A stretch of DNA of 63,475 nt, counting the filler, from Octopus bimaculoides (taxonomy: Eukaryota): NCBI RefSeq assembly GCF_001194135.2. It is 5 parts of 4 records of this genome, joined end to end, with 100 filler letters (N's around TTAATTAATTAA, not from the genome) between each part and the next. Parts side by side here need not be neighbours in the genome. Positions count along the whole stretch, not along the records: positions 47,102 to 52,385 come from NC_069009.1; positions 52,486 to 63,475 come from NC_068984.1; 3 more parts are not named here. One strand, 5' to 3'. The position numbers were made by a program, and so were the translations under genes. Positions 49,051-60,616 of the stretch are shown one piece after another. Every line of letters begins with the position of its first letter. Within the stretch, counting starts at the first letter, position 1. Under the pieces are notes generated by a model. The model was given only the letters and a program-made list of their open reading frames with translations, had not been told where the DNA came from and made no database searches.

Positions 49051-50319
49051 CTCCCTGCAAAACACACCTGATCTTTACACACAGACACACAAAATAACAG
49101 CAATCAACTAACGACAGCAGAGTGCACAATAAACATCAGTGACCTGACTGTCACCTGTACTCTTGACAAGAGATACCAGTTAATTTTTACACCTACCAGG
49201 CTCATTCATATTGGGCCGAGTTGTTGGATAATTTTTTGTTCCTTTAAGAATATTGTAGAATGGAAACTTTTCATAGATTGGAATTTAAATCATCTCTATT
49301 GAAATTTATTGTTTCAAAAAAACATTGAATTTGAATTACTATTAATTTTTACAATCATAGCTAACAACTTGGGCTGTAACTTCTGAACCTGAGTCAAGCA
49401 TGTGTAAACAATGTTGAGAGAACATCTGCTATGGATGATATTTTTTTATACAAGGCACCTCTAATATGACTGCCAGACACTGAACGTAAATAAATGAACT
49501 GTGACCAGGTTCAATAAAAAGAGCCCATGTTATTGGCTGAAATTATATACTCGAAGTCAGTGTTGGTAGAAATTAAATCAGCTTGAAAATGCACGTTCAC
49601 TTTACTAAATATATACTCGGGTGAAGCCCGAACAGTTTAAGTGCTGGAGTCGCCACTGATCAAGAAACTGAAGATGTACAAGATGAATCTATTTATTTCA
49701 CCTCCTCTGTTCCTTTATATAAATTATACAATCCTAATGAAATGATCATTACTGATTGGATTTACTGGATTTCAACTGCATTGAACTATACATTACACCC
49801 CTATCTATTGGTTTACCATGTGGTTTAAAGTCTGGTCTACTAAAGGAGCTTTTCTGTGAGTACCAGCAGATTAGAGAAATCCATATATTGTGCATTAAAT
49901 GTAGATATTTATTATGCAGGGAGACTTCAACAAGTAGTATAATAGTCAGTCATCTAAGAGAGTAAAGATAATGTTATAATAAAAACCAAGAGTCTTCTTA
50001 CAGCTACCCAACGTTTCCTGGTGAAAACAAGAATTTATTCTGCCATTTTTCAAGCTGAGAACAAGACTCCTGTTCTCAGCTTAAAAAATAACGAAATAAA
50101 TGTTTTGACCAGGAAAACCTGGGTAGCTGTATTTAGTAAGAGCTGTGGTTTTTATAATAATATTACATACCTTTTATCTTTTACTTGTTTCAGTCACACA
50201 GAGGTACTGCGTCGAAGTGTTTTAGTCAAACAAATCACCTCAGGGACATAAACACACTAACATCAGTTGTCAAGTGGTGGGGGAGGAGGTCCAACACACA
50301 TACATACATATATATATAC

Positions 50320-50460
50320 AACCTTGTTTGAGTTTCCATCTACCAAATCCACTCAGAAGGCTTTGGTCAATCTGAGGTTATAGTAGAAGATACTTGCCCA
50401 AGGTGCCATGCAGTGGGAGAAAACCAAGGACTACGTGTTTAGGAAGCAATCTTCTTACAT
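50320..50460 (-). mobile_element. family-B SINE, diverged
   Basis: gtttccatctaccaaatccactcagaaggctttggtc...tagtagaagatacttgcccaaggtgcc. Confidence 0.75.
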
Positions 50461-50609
50461 ACTCTCCAGCCTTCATCTGGTTCTCATTCCCAAGGTATTT
50501 TTCTGATATTATTATTACTCACTGCCTGGAATCAAACTCAGAATCTTGGGGTTAGTATCTCGCGCTTTTAACCACTACACCCTATGCCCGTGGGCAATTA
50601 TGGAGTGAA

Positions 50610-51160
50610 TTGTAGGGTTTATAAATCTAATATTTTCCTATCCTTCCTTAATACCAATTCCCATATGCTGTTCATATCTGCACTCGGTCTGCTTAAAAGG
50701 TTATTATGTCCTAGCATATGTACTGCTTCTTTTAGTTTTCGTATTTTCCAGTAGTGTTCTCTATCTATTATTTTTCATCCCACAGAAGGAAGTGATCTCC
50801 ATTTTTCCATACATGATCAGCTATACCCGATTTATCAGTATCTCCTCGTGTCACAGCTTTGCGATGTTCCTCTACCCTTATTTTGAGGGGGCGACATGTT
50901 TTGCCTTTGTATAACCTACAACAGCTGCATGGGATGGAATACACGTAGTCTTTGGTCATATTCTCTTCTGTTGGTGGTTTTACTCAAAGGAGATATTTAC
51001 GAAGTGTTGTATGACTCTTGAATACTGTCCTGATGTTATATGGGCCGCATATCTTTTGTATCTTTTCGGAGAGGCCTTTCACATGGGGTAGACAGACTGT
51101 AGTNNNNNNNNNNAGTTGTTGCTTAATAGATCGTTACTGAGCTTGATCATTTCTTCGTGG
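50610..51160 (-). mobile_element. Penelope-like element 3' part encoding GIY-YIG endonuclease
   Basis: MTKDYVYSIPCSCCRLYKGKTCRPLKIRVEEHRKAVTRGDTDKSGIADHVW...IIDREHYWKIRKLKEAVHM resembles VYxIPCxCxxxYIGETxRxLxxRxxEH...REARxLKE. Confidence 0.85.
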
Positions 51161-51459
51161 TGTGTATCACGATCACTACTTATATTCTTTACTCGATGTT
51201 TTAGGCACTGAGCAATCCCTCTCTTTACACTGCATGGATGGTAGGAATTGAAGTTGAGGTATCATCCAGTGAAGGTTGGCTTGTGGTATATGGATGTCCT
51301 GGATCCATACTTGGTGCATATTATTAATACTTCCAGGAATGCTAGCTATATAAATTTTTAATTTTTACAATCTTATTTTCATTTCTGTTGGATCCTGCTT
51401 ATCTGTTCACAGCAGCTTTTTTCAATTGGCTGCAATCATTTTCTCTACCTCCACCCCCA

Positions 51460-51625
51460 GGCTGGAGCATTAGTTTGGCTGAACTTAAAGAATGCATTCA
51501 GTTAGCAGTGCAGGAGCTAACTCCTAAAATGCTTCAAAATGTGTTTTGCAAGGCTATGGATAGATTTCAAATTTGCAGGGATACAGACGGAGCACATGTT
51601 GAAAATTTTCAATAAAGTTTTGACA
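51460..51625 (+). mobile_element. Tc1/mariner transposase C-terminal remnant
   Basis: SLAELKECIQLAVQELTPKMLQNVFCKAMDRFQICRDTDGAHVENFQ* resembles the TLxELKxxIxxxxxxIxxxxLxxV...RLxxCxxxxGxHxE terminus. Confidence 0.6.
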
Positions 51626-51719
51626 TAAGATTTATAAATCTATTTGTTTTGGTATTGTAATTAAATAACAAACATAAAATTTGTCTGATTTCATTGAAAT
51701 AGAGAGTTAATTCTGTGTG

Positions 51720-51933
51720 TATGAGGCAAAGTGAAAAAGTTCCTGGCTTTGGGTAAAAGAAAATACTGGAGAATCACTTAATTATGATTTTATTCAATAT
51801 ATTTCCTTCTCACACACTTATTGTAGCAGTCTGTCAATTTTCTAAGCCCTGAAAAAAAATCTCAGAAAGTTGGGCCACCAACCTGGCCTTTTGTGATTCC
51901 TTAAAGCCAGGAACTTTTCAGCACCCCCTCATA
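51720..51933. mobile_element. mariner-type MITE (~214 bp)
   Basis: Imperfect TIRs tatgagg...tgaaaaagttcctggcttt / aaagccaggaacttttcagcaccccctcata with TA ends. Confidence 0.75.
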
Positions 51934-51944
51934 TATTCGATGGA

Positions 51945-52090
51945 CCTCGTTCAGTTTTCGTCTACCAAATCCACTTACAAGGCTTTGGTTGGCCTGAGGC
52001 TATAGTAGAAGACACCTGACCAAGATGTCATGCAGTGGGGCCGAACCTGGAACCATGTGGCTGGGAAGCAAACTTCTCCCCACACAGCCT
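51945..52090 (-). mobile_element. family-B SINE
   Basis: gttttcgtctaccaaatccacttacaaggctttggttggcctgaggctatagtagaagacacc. Confidence 0.8.
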
Positions 52091-52212
52091 GCCTGTGTCA
52101 AGCCACATATACTGTGGATAAAGGACATAATCGTTGCTAAACCACAACAAACAATGAAAAACATTAGAGAAACAATAAAAAAATCATGAAAGTTGTTTAT
52201 AATTATTATTAC

Positions 52213-52252
<40 letters not shown>

Positions 52253-52429
52253 AAAATTCTATATCAAAATAAACAAAAGAACAAAGAAAAATCAAATGAA
52301 ACAAGTTGTATTTGGAAATAAAAAAAATATTACCCCCTCTCACCCAACAAAACTGAGGGCCAACACACCTCTAACAAAAAAAATANNNNNNNNNNNNNNN
52401 NNNNNNNNNNNNNNNNNNNNNNNNNNNNN

Positions 52430-52441
52430 TTAATTAATTAA
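52430..52441. other. artificial assembly linker
   Basis: 44N-TTAATTAATTAA-44N. Confidence 0.95.
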
Positions 52442-53209
52442 NNNNNNNNNNNNNNNNNNNNNNNNNNNNNNNNNNNNNNNNNNNNAAACAAAAATTTTCG
52501 CTATGGGCAAGCGAACTCGCCTCCCACAAACAGCGAATACAAAATTTGTTCGTACAACGAACACACAAAAAACTCGCCAAGGAAAGCGAAGATGCCACAC
52601 CGCTGGACAACAATTTACTAAGAAATAAATAGAAGCAATAAATTGCTGCCCAGCTGAGCAACAAAAACGATTTACCCCGGCGAATTCTTCAATTTTTTCT
52701 TCTATAGACAGAGCCGAAACTCATGTCTATCTTCGTTCACAGCAAGTAGCCAATCTGGCGCACATGCACAGTGAGCAAACCGGAAGTAAGCAAGCTACTT
52801 ACCACACAGCCACTCCTGTATATTTTCATAGATTTTGTTATTTTAAACTGCTTGGTACTTAGGTTAGCAGTGACAGCAACTCTATGATTGTTGGTGCAAG
52901 CAACTTTCCAATAGTTGGTTGTGGTCATTGTGACATATTTTCACGTGTTGGTCATGGTGGTGGAAAATGGTGTTGGTGGCATATGTTAGTTGCAGTCACA
53001 GTGATATATTCATAGGAACCACTTCCCCATTTCCAATCAACTATTAATTTTCATGTTGAGATCAGTATAGCTTCTTTGACACAAAGAGTTCCTGTGTTCC
53101 TCTCCAAGGCTTGTATGGAAGCATCTACATCTTTGGTGATGTTGCCACATTTGATTAAGTGTTTGTGAAAGGAAGATGTATTAGTAGTGAGGTTCTCCTT
53201 CACTCAGAT

Positions 53210-54590
53210 ACTACTGATATAATAGTAGTAGCATTTGGAGTTTATGTACACTATGTATGAATGTAGGCACATGTTTGTGTTGTAAATAGGACAGTTTGTC
53301 AGTGTGCAGGGTTGCTGTTCTGCACATAACCACCTCTTTGATAGGTGTTTATGTAGGGGTTGTTTCGAATCAGCTAGTAGGATGCCGAAGCCTTCCCTGC
53401 AGGTGGCCTTGTAAATGGCGGAGGTAGTCATCTCATTAAAGTGAGGCATCTTCAAGAAGTAGGTCTTAGACAGATCCCTATCATCACATTTATTTGGCTT
53501 GTATCCATGTATGGAGTTAATAACAGACATTGGGTATCCATTGGTCTCAAGCACCTTCAGAAACTGAGTAACATGCGTCCTGGCTGGTCTTGTCACTCAC
53601 TGCATCTCTTATGTATTCAAGCAATTCTGTTATGTATAAAGTTGATCTTAGCTTTGATGGGAAAGTCCAACTTGTAATGGATGAAGACATCCCAGCAGAT
53701 TGACTTTCAGTAGAACACAATGTCAATTTTTCCCTCATCCATGATGTTTAGCCAAAAGTCAACCAAGAAGAGGGAACTATCACTGTTTGGGTGTTCAGTG
53801 GCTGAGTGAAAGTGTTGGTCCATCCTATTGGAATTCTATAGTACTGTGGAGGTGTCCTCATGAGATACAGTGAGCATGAGATTGTTGTCTGCATACCTAG
53901 TGAAGAATATGCATGAATGACAGGTGCTGAGTGTTCTATGCTCCAGCTAGTCTAAGTAAATAATGGCAAGCAGGCCTGAGTGGTTGGATCCCATAGGCAG
54001 GCTTGAACACTGTTTATATGTGTTGCCAAGGAAATCGAACTGTGTGTGTTTGTAATTATGACTGACAGTTGCTGGTGGATATCAGAGCTAATAAGTTTGA
54101 AACAGTGTAAGTCCAAGGTGACACATTCTGTGATCAGGTTGACCACAAGAAGGACAGGAACTGAGGTGTATAGCAAGACCATGCTGAAGCTGAAGGTATA
54201 TCTGTTGTCTCTGAGTGTGTTGGGTTCAAGACAGTGCTGTCATTGAATGACTTTGTTTATACTGTTGACATGACCCAAGAAAGTCAACAGTACAGGTCTC
54301 AGGATCCTGAACAGGAACCATGAGATTTTATAAAATAGTCCCTTGGAGACTGTGGATCTGATGTGGAAGGTCAGGTTCCTGCTTATGTGTCTTGATAAGA
54401 AAGTAAAATGTAGGCATCTTACTGTTTTATGGAGTGAAGTTCCTTTTCATCCTTGCTGGGAGTTTACACCAGTTACAGATGTTGACAGGCCTTTGCACCC
54501 AAAATATAAAGGATTTGGTGTTTTTTTTGTAAAACTTTCTGCATTGTCAGAAGCTTTTGTTATTTCTCTTTTCCTTCATTTTCTACACAT
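53210..54590 (-). mobile_element. decayed Penelope-like retroelement (RT region)
   Basis: KMPTFYFLIKTHK, DFWLNIMDEGKIDIVFY*KS..., VLETNGYPMSVI and YFLKMPHFNE match the order of Penelope RT motifs. Confidence 0.65.
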
Positions 54591-54599
54591 ATGTGTGTA

Positions 54600-57500
54600 C
54601 ACATGCTGGAGCACCACCTGTGTATTCACTTTTTCCATGGCCATTCTTATATGGTTGGCTTTTGGTAAAGGAGAGAGTTTGACATTGCTGCCCTGTTTTG
54701 AGTTTCTTGTGATGATGTAAGCTTATCCGGAACTTTGGACAATAGGAGGTCAAGTTATTTTTTGAAAACATCTACACCTACTCCATATAGATCTCTCAGA
54801 TGTTTTGGCAAGGTATTAAGTAGCCATGGGCCCTTGAATCCCTAAGTTATTGCAGTACATGGTCCTCACTCTTGATGGGATAGTTGGGACCTTTGAAACA
54901 GTGCAGTGACATCCAGTTTGGGGGCTGGTATAGCGATTGATACCATACATTGGTGCCAACCTCTCCAGGATCTTCCATACATATATCACTGCATATCTTT
55001 CCTGTCTTCACTTCAGGGAGTAGCTCAGCTGTTTCATTAATGCAATCTTCTTGATGTAGCACTGCTGACCTGCTTCACGTTTTGATGTTAATTTGACACT
55101 GTGAGGTGACCACAATACTAATGTCTTCCATAGAACCAGCATAGTTTCCTGATCCCTTGTTCTGAAGGTCCTCAGAATCCATCTGGCCATTCATCTGCAC
55201 ATTGCCACCATCTTAGTGATATATATGTGAAATGAGGCATTATCCTTCATATCAGTCCCTAGATCATGTGTTGTAGTTGACTCTGGGATTGCTACTCCTT
55301 TTCATCCAAAGTATCATTGTTGCAGCATGTGAGCACAAGCTAGCTGATAGCAAATGGCCTGGAATTTCCCTGCATTAAATTGCATGTTGTTTTCTTCCAC
55401 CCATTTATATACTGCATCTTGGTCTTTCTGGAGAAGATTAGCATCAGAAGGTTCCTTGACTGTTTGTACTACTTTTGTGTCATCAGCATAGCTAGTAAGT
55501 GTGGCTGTCTATGGAACTCATAGCATGTCCAAAAGAGCCACCATAAACAGCAGCAGCTCCGAGACAGTTCCCTGAGGCACTCCACCTTCTGTTCCTGTCT
55601 CTTTAGAGAGCACCCCATTGACTGCCATCACTTAGCTTTTGTCTTTTAAGAAATCATGCAACCACTCTCCCAGTTTTCTGACTATGCTTTAAACATATCA
55701 TCCCATGATCAACCTTGTCAGAGGCCTTTGCAAAATCAAGATATATCACATCCACATTTGAGTGATCCATTAGTTTGTTTCAACACCCAGTCATAATGCT
55801 GCAAAAGCTGTGTAAGACAGCTTCTTTGTGAGCAGAAGCCATGTTGGGTATCTGGGAGCAAGTCATTATCATCCAAGAACTCGATCTGTTTCTTCCTGTC
55901 AATGTGTTCCCTGACTTTGCTGACATGGGAAGTTAAAGAGACAGGGCTGTGATTTTTAGCTCCTGCTGTTACCTCCTTTGTGGACAGGATATATACCTTC
56001 CTTTAACTTCCTGGGAAGTCCCCCAGTTGTGAAGAAGTTTAAGAAGGGGATCTGTAGTGATCTTGGTAGAGCCCCTTTGCATTTCTTTAGGAGAATTGCT
56101 GGGAATTCATCAAGGCTTGTGGCTGAGTCTAATCTCATTTCATCAATGGTTGATATTTCATCAGTTTCCTCTATTTTGATGTTTGCCATCACTTTGTGTA
56201 GAGCCAAAAAATTGATAAGGCATAGCTATTTTCAAGTGCTCCAATACAGATGTGAAAACAATTTTGTATTGTACATTCAGTATTTCACTTATTCTCTGGG
56301 ATCTGCAGTCAGTGAGCCATTATCTTCAAACAGTGACCCTATTTTGTACCATACTGAAGCAGACTCTTGTAAATCTGCAGAAAGCTTTTGGGTTTGTCTT
56401 ACATTTTTGACAGCCTTGGCTTCCTTCTTTACCCTCTCTTTTTCATGAGAGTGTTTGAGTTCACTTTTTCAATCTCAAGCAATCTTTGTTGGAGATAGGA
56501 TTCTTTGTTACCCTTTAGTAGCCCACTTAGATGGTTTGAGATCTTTGCTTGTCATCTCATTAGAATCTTCTTATCCCTGGATATTATATTTTTCTGTCAG
56601 TTTATCATTCTCTCTGGAGCAAACTTACTGCAAACTTATGTCATTCATGTCTGCAGCTTTACATCAATATCTTGCAAAGCAAGACTTGTAGACCAGTTTT
56701 GTTCCTCTTTCTGAAAACCCTTTCAATCAGTTTCATGAAAGTTCTGGCTAGAAAAGTGTTAGATTTTTCTAGTAGCAGCATGTTTGTAGTTCTCTGCAGA
56801 CTATACGTTGTTAGTTCTATTAAGTTATGGTCCAAGAGAATCGCCAGTATCATCTTAACATTATGGATGATGAGTACTGCATTATTTGTGAAGTAAAGGT
56901 CCAGGACATTTTTACCCTTTGTTGGGTGGAACCTTATTTGCTCCATAAAGAGCATGTTTGCAAGGTCAAGCAGAGACTTTGCTTGCCTCTGTTTCTGCAG
57001 TGACATACCAGAGAGAATGTGGCCCTCAGGCCATTTGACAATATGAGATTGAAGTACCCCAAAAGAAGGCTGTCATCAAGGTTGTTTAACAATGATTGGA
57101 GCATCTGGTGAGCAGTATGTAGTACATATTACCATTTTCCTCTGTTTAGTTTGTACCACCAGAGTGTCACAGATTGAGTTTGAATGTGACACCAGAATTA
57201 CTGGCCTGACATCTTCCTGGATGTACATTGCAACTCTTCCATGAGTCCTTTCTCTCCTGTTGGTTTGAAATGTGACATACTTTAGTATGTATATCTTAGC
57301 ATTTGATGTGTTCAGATGTATTTCTGTTAGCGCCTATGCATATTGCTTGATTACATGTCACTAATTCTCTCAGGTATTGAGTTTTGTGTTGGTGATACAT
57401 TACAAGGCCCCTGATGTTCAGTAGGAAAACTGTTGTGATATATAAGGTGTCAATAGTGGCCACTGGTCTGACATATGTAGAGGTGTCTGAGGTAGCCATC
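54600..57500 (-). mobile_element. CR1/L2-like LINE, near-complete but decayed ORF2 (APE endonuclease + RT)
   Basis: VFLLNIRGL (APE start), HPTKGKNVLDLYFTNN, DEFPAILLKKCK...IYPVHKGG, YLDFAKA, PQGTVS...YADDTK, RWILRTFRTRDQETMLVLWKTLV, VDVFKNNL. Confidence 0.85.
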
Positions 57501-57592
57501 TTGGATCTTTTGCTATTGTTTGCGGTTGTCTTCAGTGCTAGTACATGTTTCTGAAACTCAATGTCCAATGGAGCCAAGTTAGAACCCTTACA

Positions 57593-57657
<65 letters not shown>

Positions 57658-57743
57658 CACACGCACGCACACGCATGCACACACACACACACACACCTTA
57701 TAAGCCCTCAATATATATATATAATATACATATAGCTTGTAAT

Positions 57744-57807
<64 letters not shown>

Positions 57808-58179
57808 CTTTTTAGGAAGTCAAAAATTATGGCCTGTCACAGAGTGATCATTGGTTTCACACCTATAAAGTGCTTAGCAGTATAGGTGAATTGTCAGACT
57901 CAAATGGCTGAAGGCACATAACATCTCATGTCTGTCTATTGGATGTGCTACCACCTCTAATGTTTCTTTCGTTAACTCCAGCTCTGATGTCATTGTTACT
58001 GGAGTCATTGCTGGTACTGATAATCCTGGACATGTTTCTGGTCACAATCTTGGTGTTGCTGCTGCCATCGTAATCGATGGTATTGTTGTCTCTACTGATT
58101 AATGTGCTGCTGTCACCACCACAGTCACCTCTGTCATTGTTGTGGGTGTGTCATTGCTGCTTAGGCTGTAAATCAGGCT

Positions 58180-59960
58180 GCAATGACAGTTACCACCTCA
58201 GCCTCATACACAACCCCCTTGGCTTCGCATCAGTCTCCTACTGGGCAGTCATTGTATATCCAACATGAGTGTCCTATCTCTGCTTGTGGCTTAAGGGTGC
58301 TCACTAAAATGTTCTTAATGTTGGCTGCACAACTGAAGGATACCTTTAAGTTGTGCCTATTAAACATACATCTGTGTCTATGTGACTGTGAGAACTGTTT
58401 GTCCACCAATCTAAGGAATATTCTTCCCATGCAGGTTTTAACATTGAGAGAGAAGGGTGAAGCAAGCCAAATGACATTAAGGTGGTGTTTCCTTTTGTAG
58501 ATGCTAGGGCCTGGCATATAGGAGATGTGGTCCTTAAACCCACTGGATACCAAAGCCTAGTTCTAATAACGAGCTGTGGCATTGAAAATCTCCTCACTTG
58601 TGACACCCTTCACTAGGTCCCTGAACATGATAAGTAGATGGCAGGAGGCTGTGTTAATGTAGGACAGCCTCTCATTTAGTTTGTGATAGGGACTGTAAGA
58701 ACAGGAGCTCAGGTCTAACATCACATCTAAAACGTTTACAATTTTGAGGTTGGTTTTGATTGTTATCATGAGCCCTATGGAGTTAAGGGTGCTAATTAGG
58801 TCCTTCATAAGCCTAATGAAGGTAACTCCTCTAGAGATGGTCCATTAGCTCCTCTAGAGATGGTCACAACATCATCTTTGTAGAGACCAAAGTGAACTGA
58901 TGTTAACCTCTTCTTTAAGGTGTCTAAAGTATACAGCCCAAGGTTGCATATGTCCATGCTATCATAAACTCCCATTGCTACATCAAAAGAACCCTCTAAG
59001 TCAGTTTGACAGACTCAGGTCAAATCTTTATTGAACATCAGTGTTTTTTTGGCATGCATAATTATGTCAATGTCTGTGTCACTAATATTAGTGAAACCCC
59101 CAGCAGCCCCTTTGATACAGACAGGTGAAAATCGACTATATCAGATTGGGTGAACTTTGCCCTGCCTTTACCCTGGTTGGTTTTAAACTATGAAATCACT
59201 TCATTGATACTACAGCATAAGGAGAAATTGGAAGCCTCCTTTTATGTTGTCATTGATTTTCCTTAATATGTATTTGCTTGCCACTCACCAGATCGATTTC
59301 TTATTTGGCCGGGTTGATCAGGCAGCACTTGGGATTAAGGGCAATGTTTAGTTTGTTGTCCTTGATGGTGATAAAGGCATCCCTCTTAGCTAGTACTTCT
59401 ACCTTATCAGCTATACCTAGACTGGTAGCTAACTGTTTGGCTTCACTGCTAATGTTGTTGTATATGTGTGGGGAAGTGCATCTATATTTCTGTATTATGT
59501 TATTTTCTAAATGTCTATCATATGTGTGTGTGTGTGTTTACTCTATGTAGGTTTTTAGTTTTGTCAGAGAAGTATAAGGATCTGTCAGAGTTTTTTTAGC
59601 AGTTGTAAGTCAGAACAGAGTTTGTGCTGAGATTAGCAAGAGGACTTATGGAATCTTAGTTTGGGGATGATGCTCATCAGGTCTGCTTCAAAGTTTTCGA
59701 GGTGTTTGATTCTGGGTGGGAACCTCCTGGACTTAATACTGTATATGTTGGCTTCTGAGGATGGCATAGCTTGGTTGTAGAAGTTTGCTTTCCATCCCAT
59801 CCATATTATGAGGTTGATAATCTTTTTGAGCAGCATTTTCATTGTAAAGTTCATTTGATAGGCTTGGTATATTTTTTGTAGAATAACTAAAATCATATAA
59901 CTGACTATAGCTTTCATGATTATGTAGAGGCAGTACAGCTAAATGACATGGCAACCTTTT
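58180..59960 (-). mobile_element. second decayed Penelope-like retroelement
   Basis: IKTNLKIVNVLDVMLDL..., NVIWLASPFSLNVKTCMGRIFLRLVDKQF...FNRHNLKVSFSCAANIKNI, PPRIKHLENFEADL. Confidence 0.75.
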
Positions 59961-60019
59961 CTAAATTACTCAGCAACCAGGATGCATGATGAATCATCAG
60001 TAGTTTATATATCCAAAAC

Positions 60020-60260
60020 AGAAGCACACTCTAAAGCAGAGTCTGTAGGAACAGGAGCTTAGGCCTAATGTTACACCTGAAAAGTTTACAATGGTGAGGT
60101 TGGTCTTCATTGTTATCTTGAGCCCCATGGAGCTAAGAATGCTAATTAGGTCCTTTAAATAAGGGTGCCCATTAGCTACTCTAGAGATGGCCAGAGCATC
60201 ATCTCTAGAGAGACCAAAGAGGACTGATGGTAATATCTTCTTTAAGGTATCTGTTATGGG
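60020..60260 (-). mobile_element. paralogous fragment of the Penelope-like element at 58690-58930
   Basis: FGLSRDDALAISRVANGHPYLKDLISILSSMGLKITMKTNLTIVNF aligns with the 58700-58920 block. Confidence 0.7.
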
Positions 60261-60616
60261 AGAATCCTGAACATCCCCACATGACTGAAGGTGGACTAAC
60301 CAATTACAATAAATAAGAACTGAGTGAACTGCCAAGAGTGTAGTTGATGGAGTTAGTTCGACCATATTGGTTAACCATGTTAGTTCGACGTGTGTTTGGT
60401 TTAACAGTTGGTAGTTGAACTGAATATCATACCTATATTTGAGTAGTAAAGAGTGCATTCTGTGTTAACATATATTTCTACAATAGGTTATTTTTAGATA
60501 ATCACAGCCAATTATTTATTTGAGTAATACCATTTTAAACCAGTCATGTATACCCATGTTATAACATTTTTGACAAGATTATTCAAAGCTCATGCTGGAC
60601 TGATTTTTGCTTAAAC

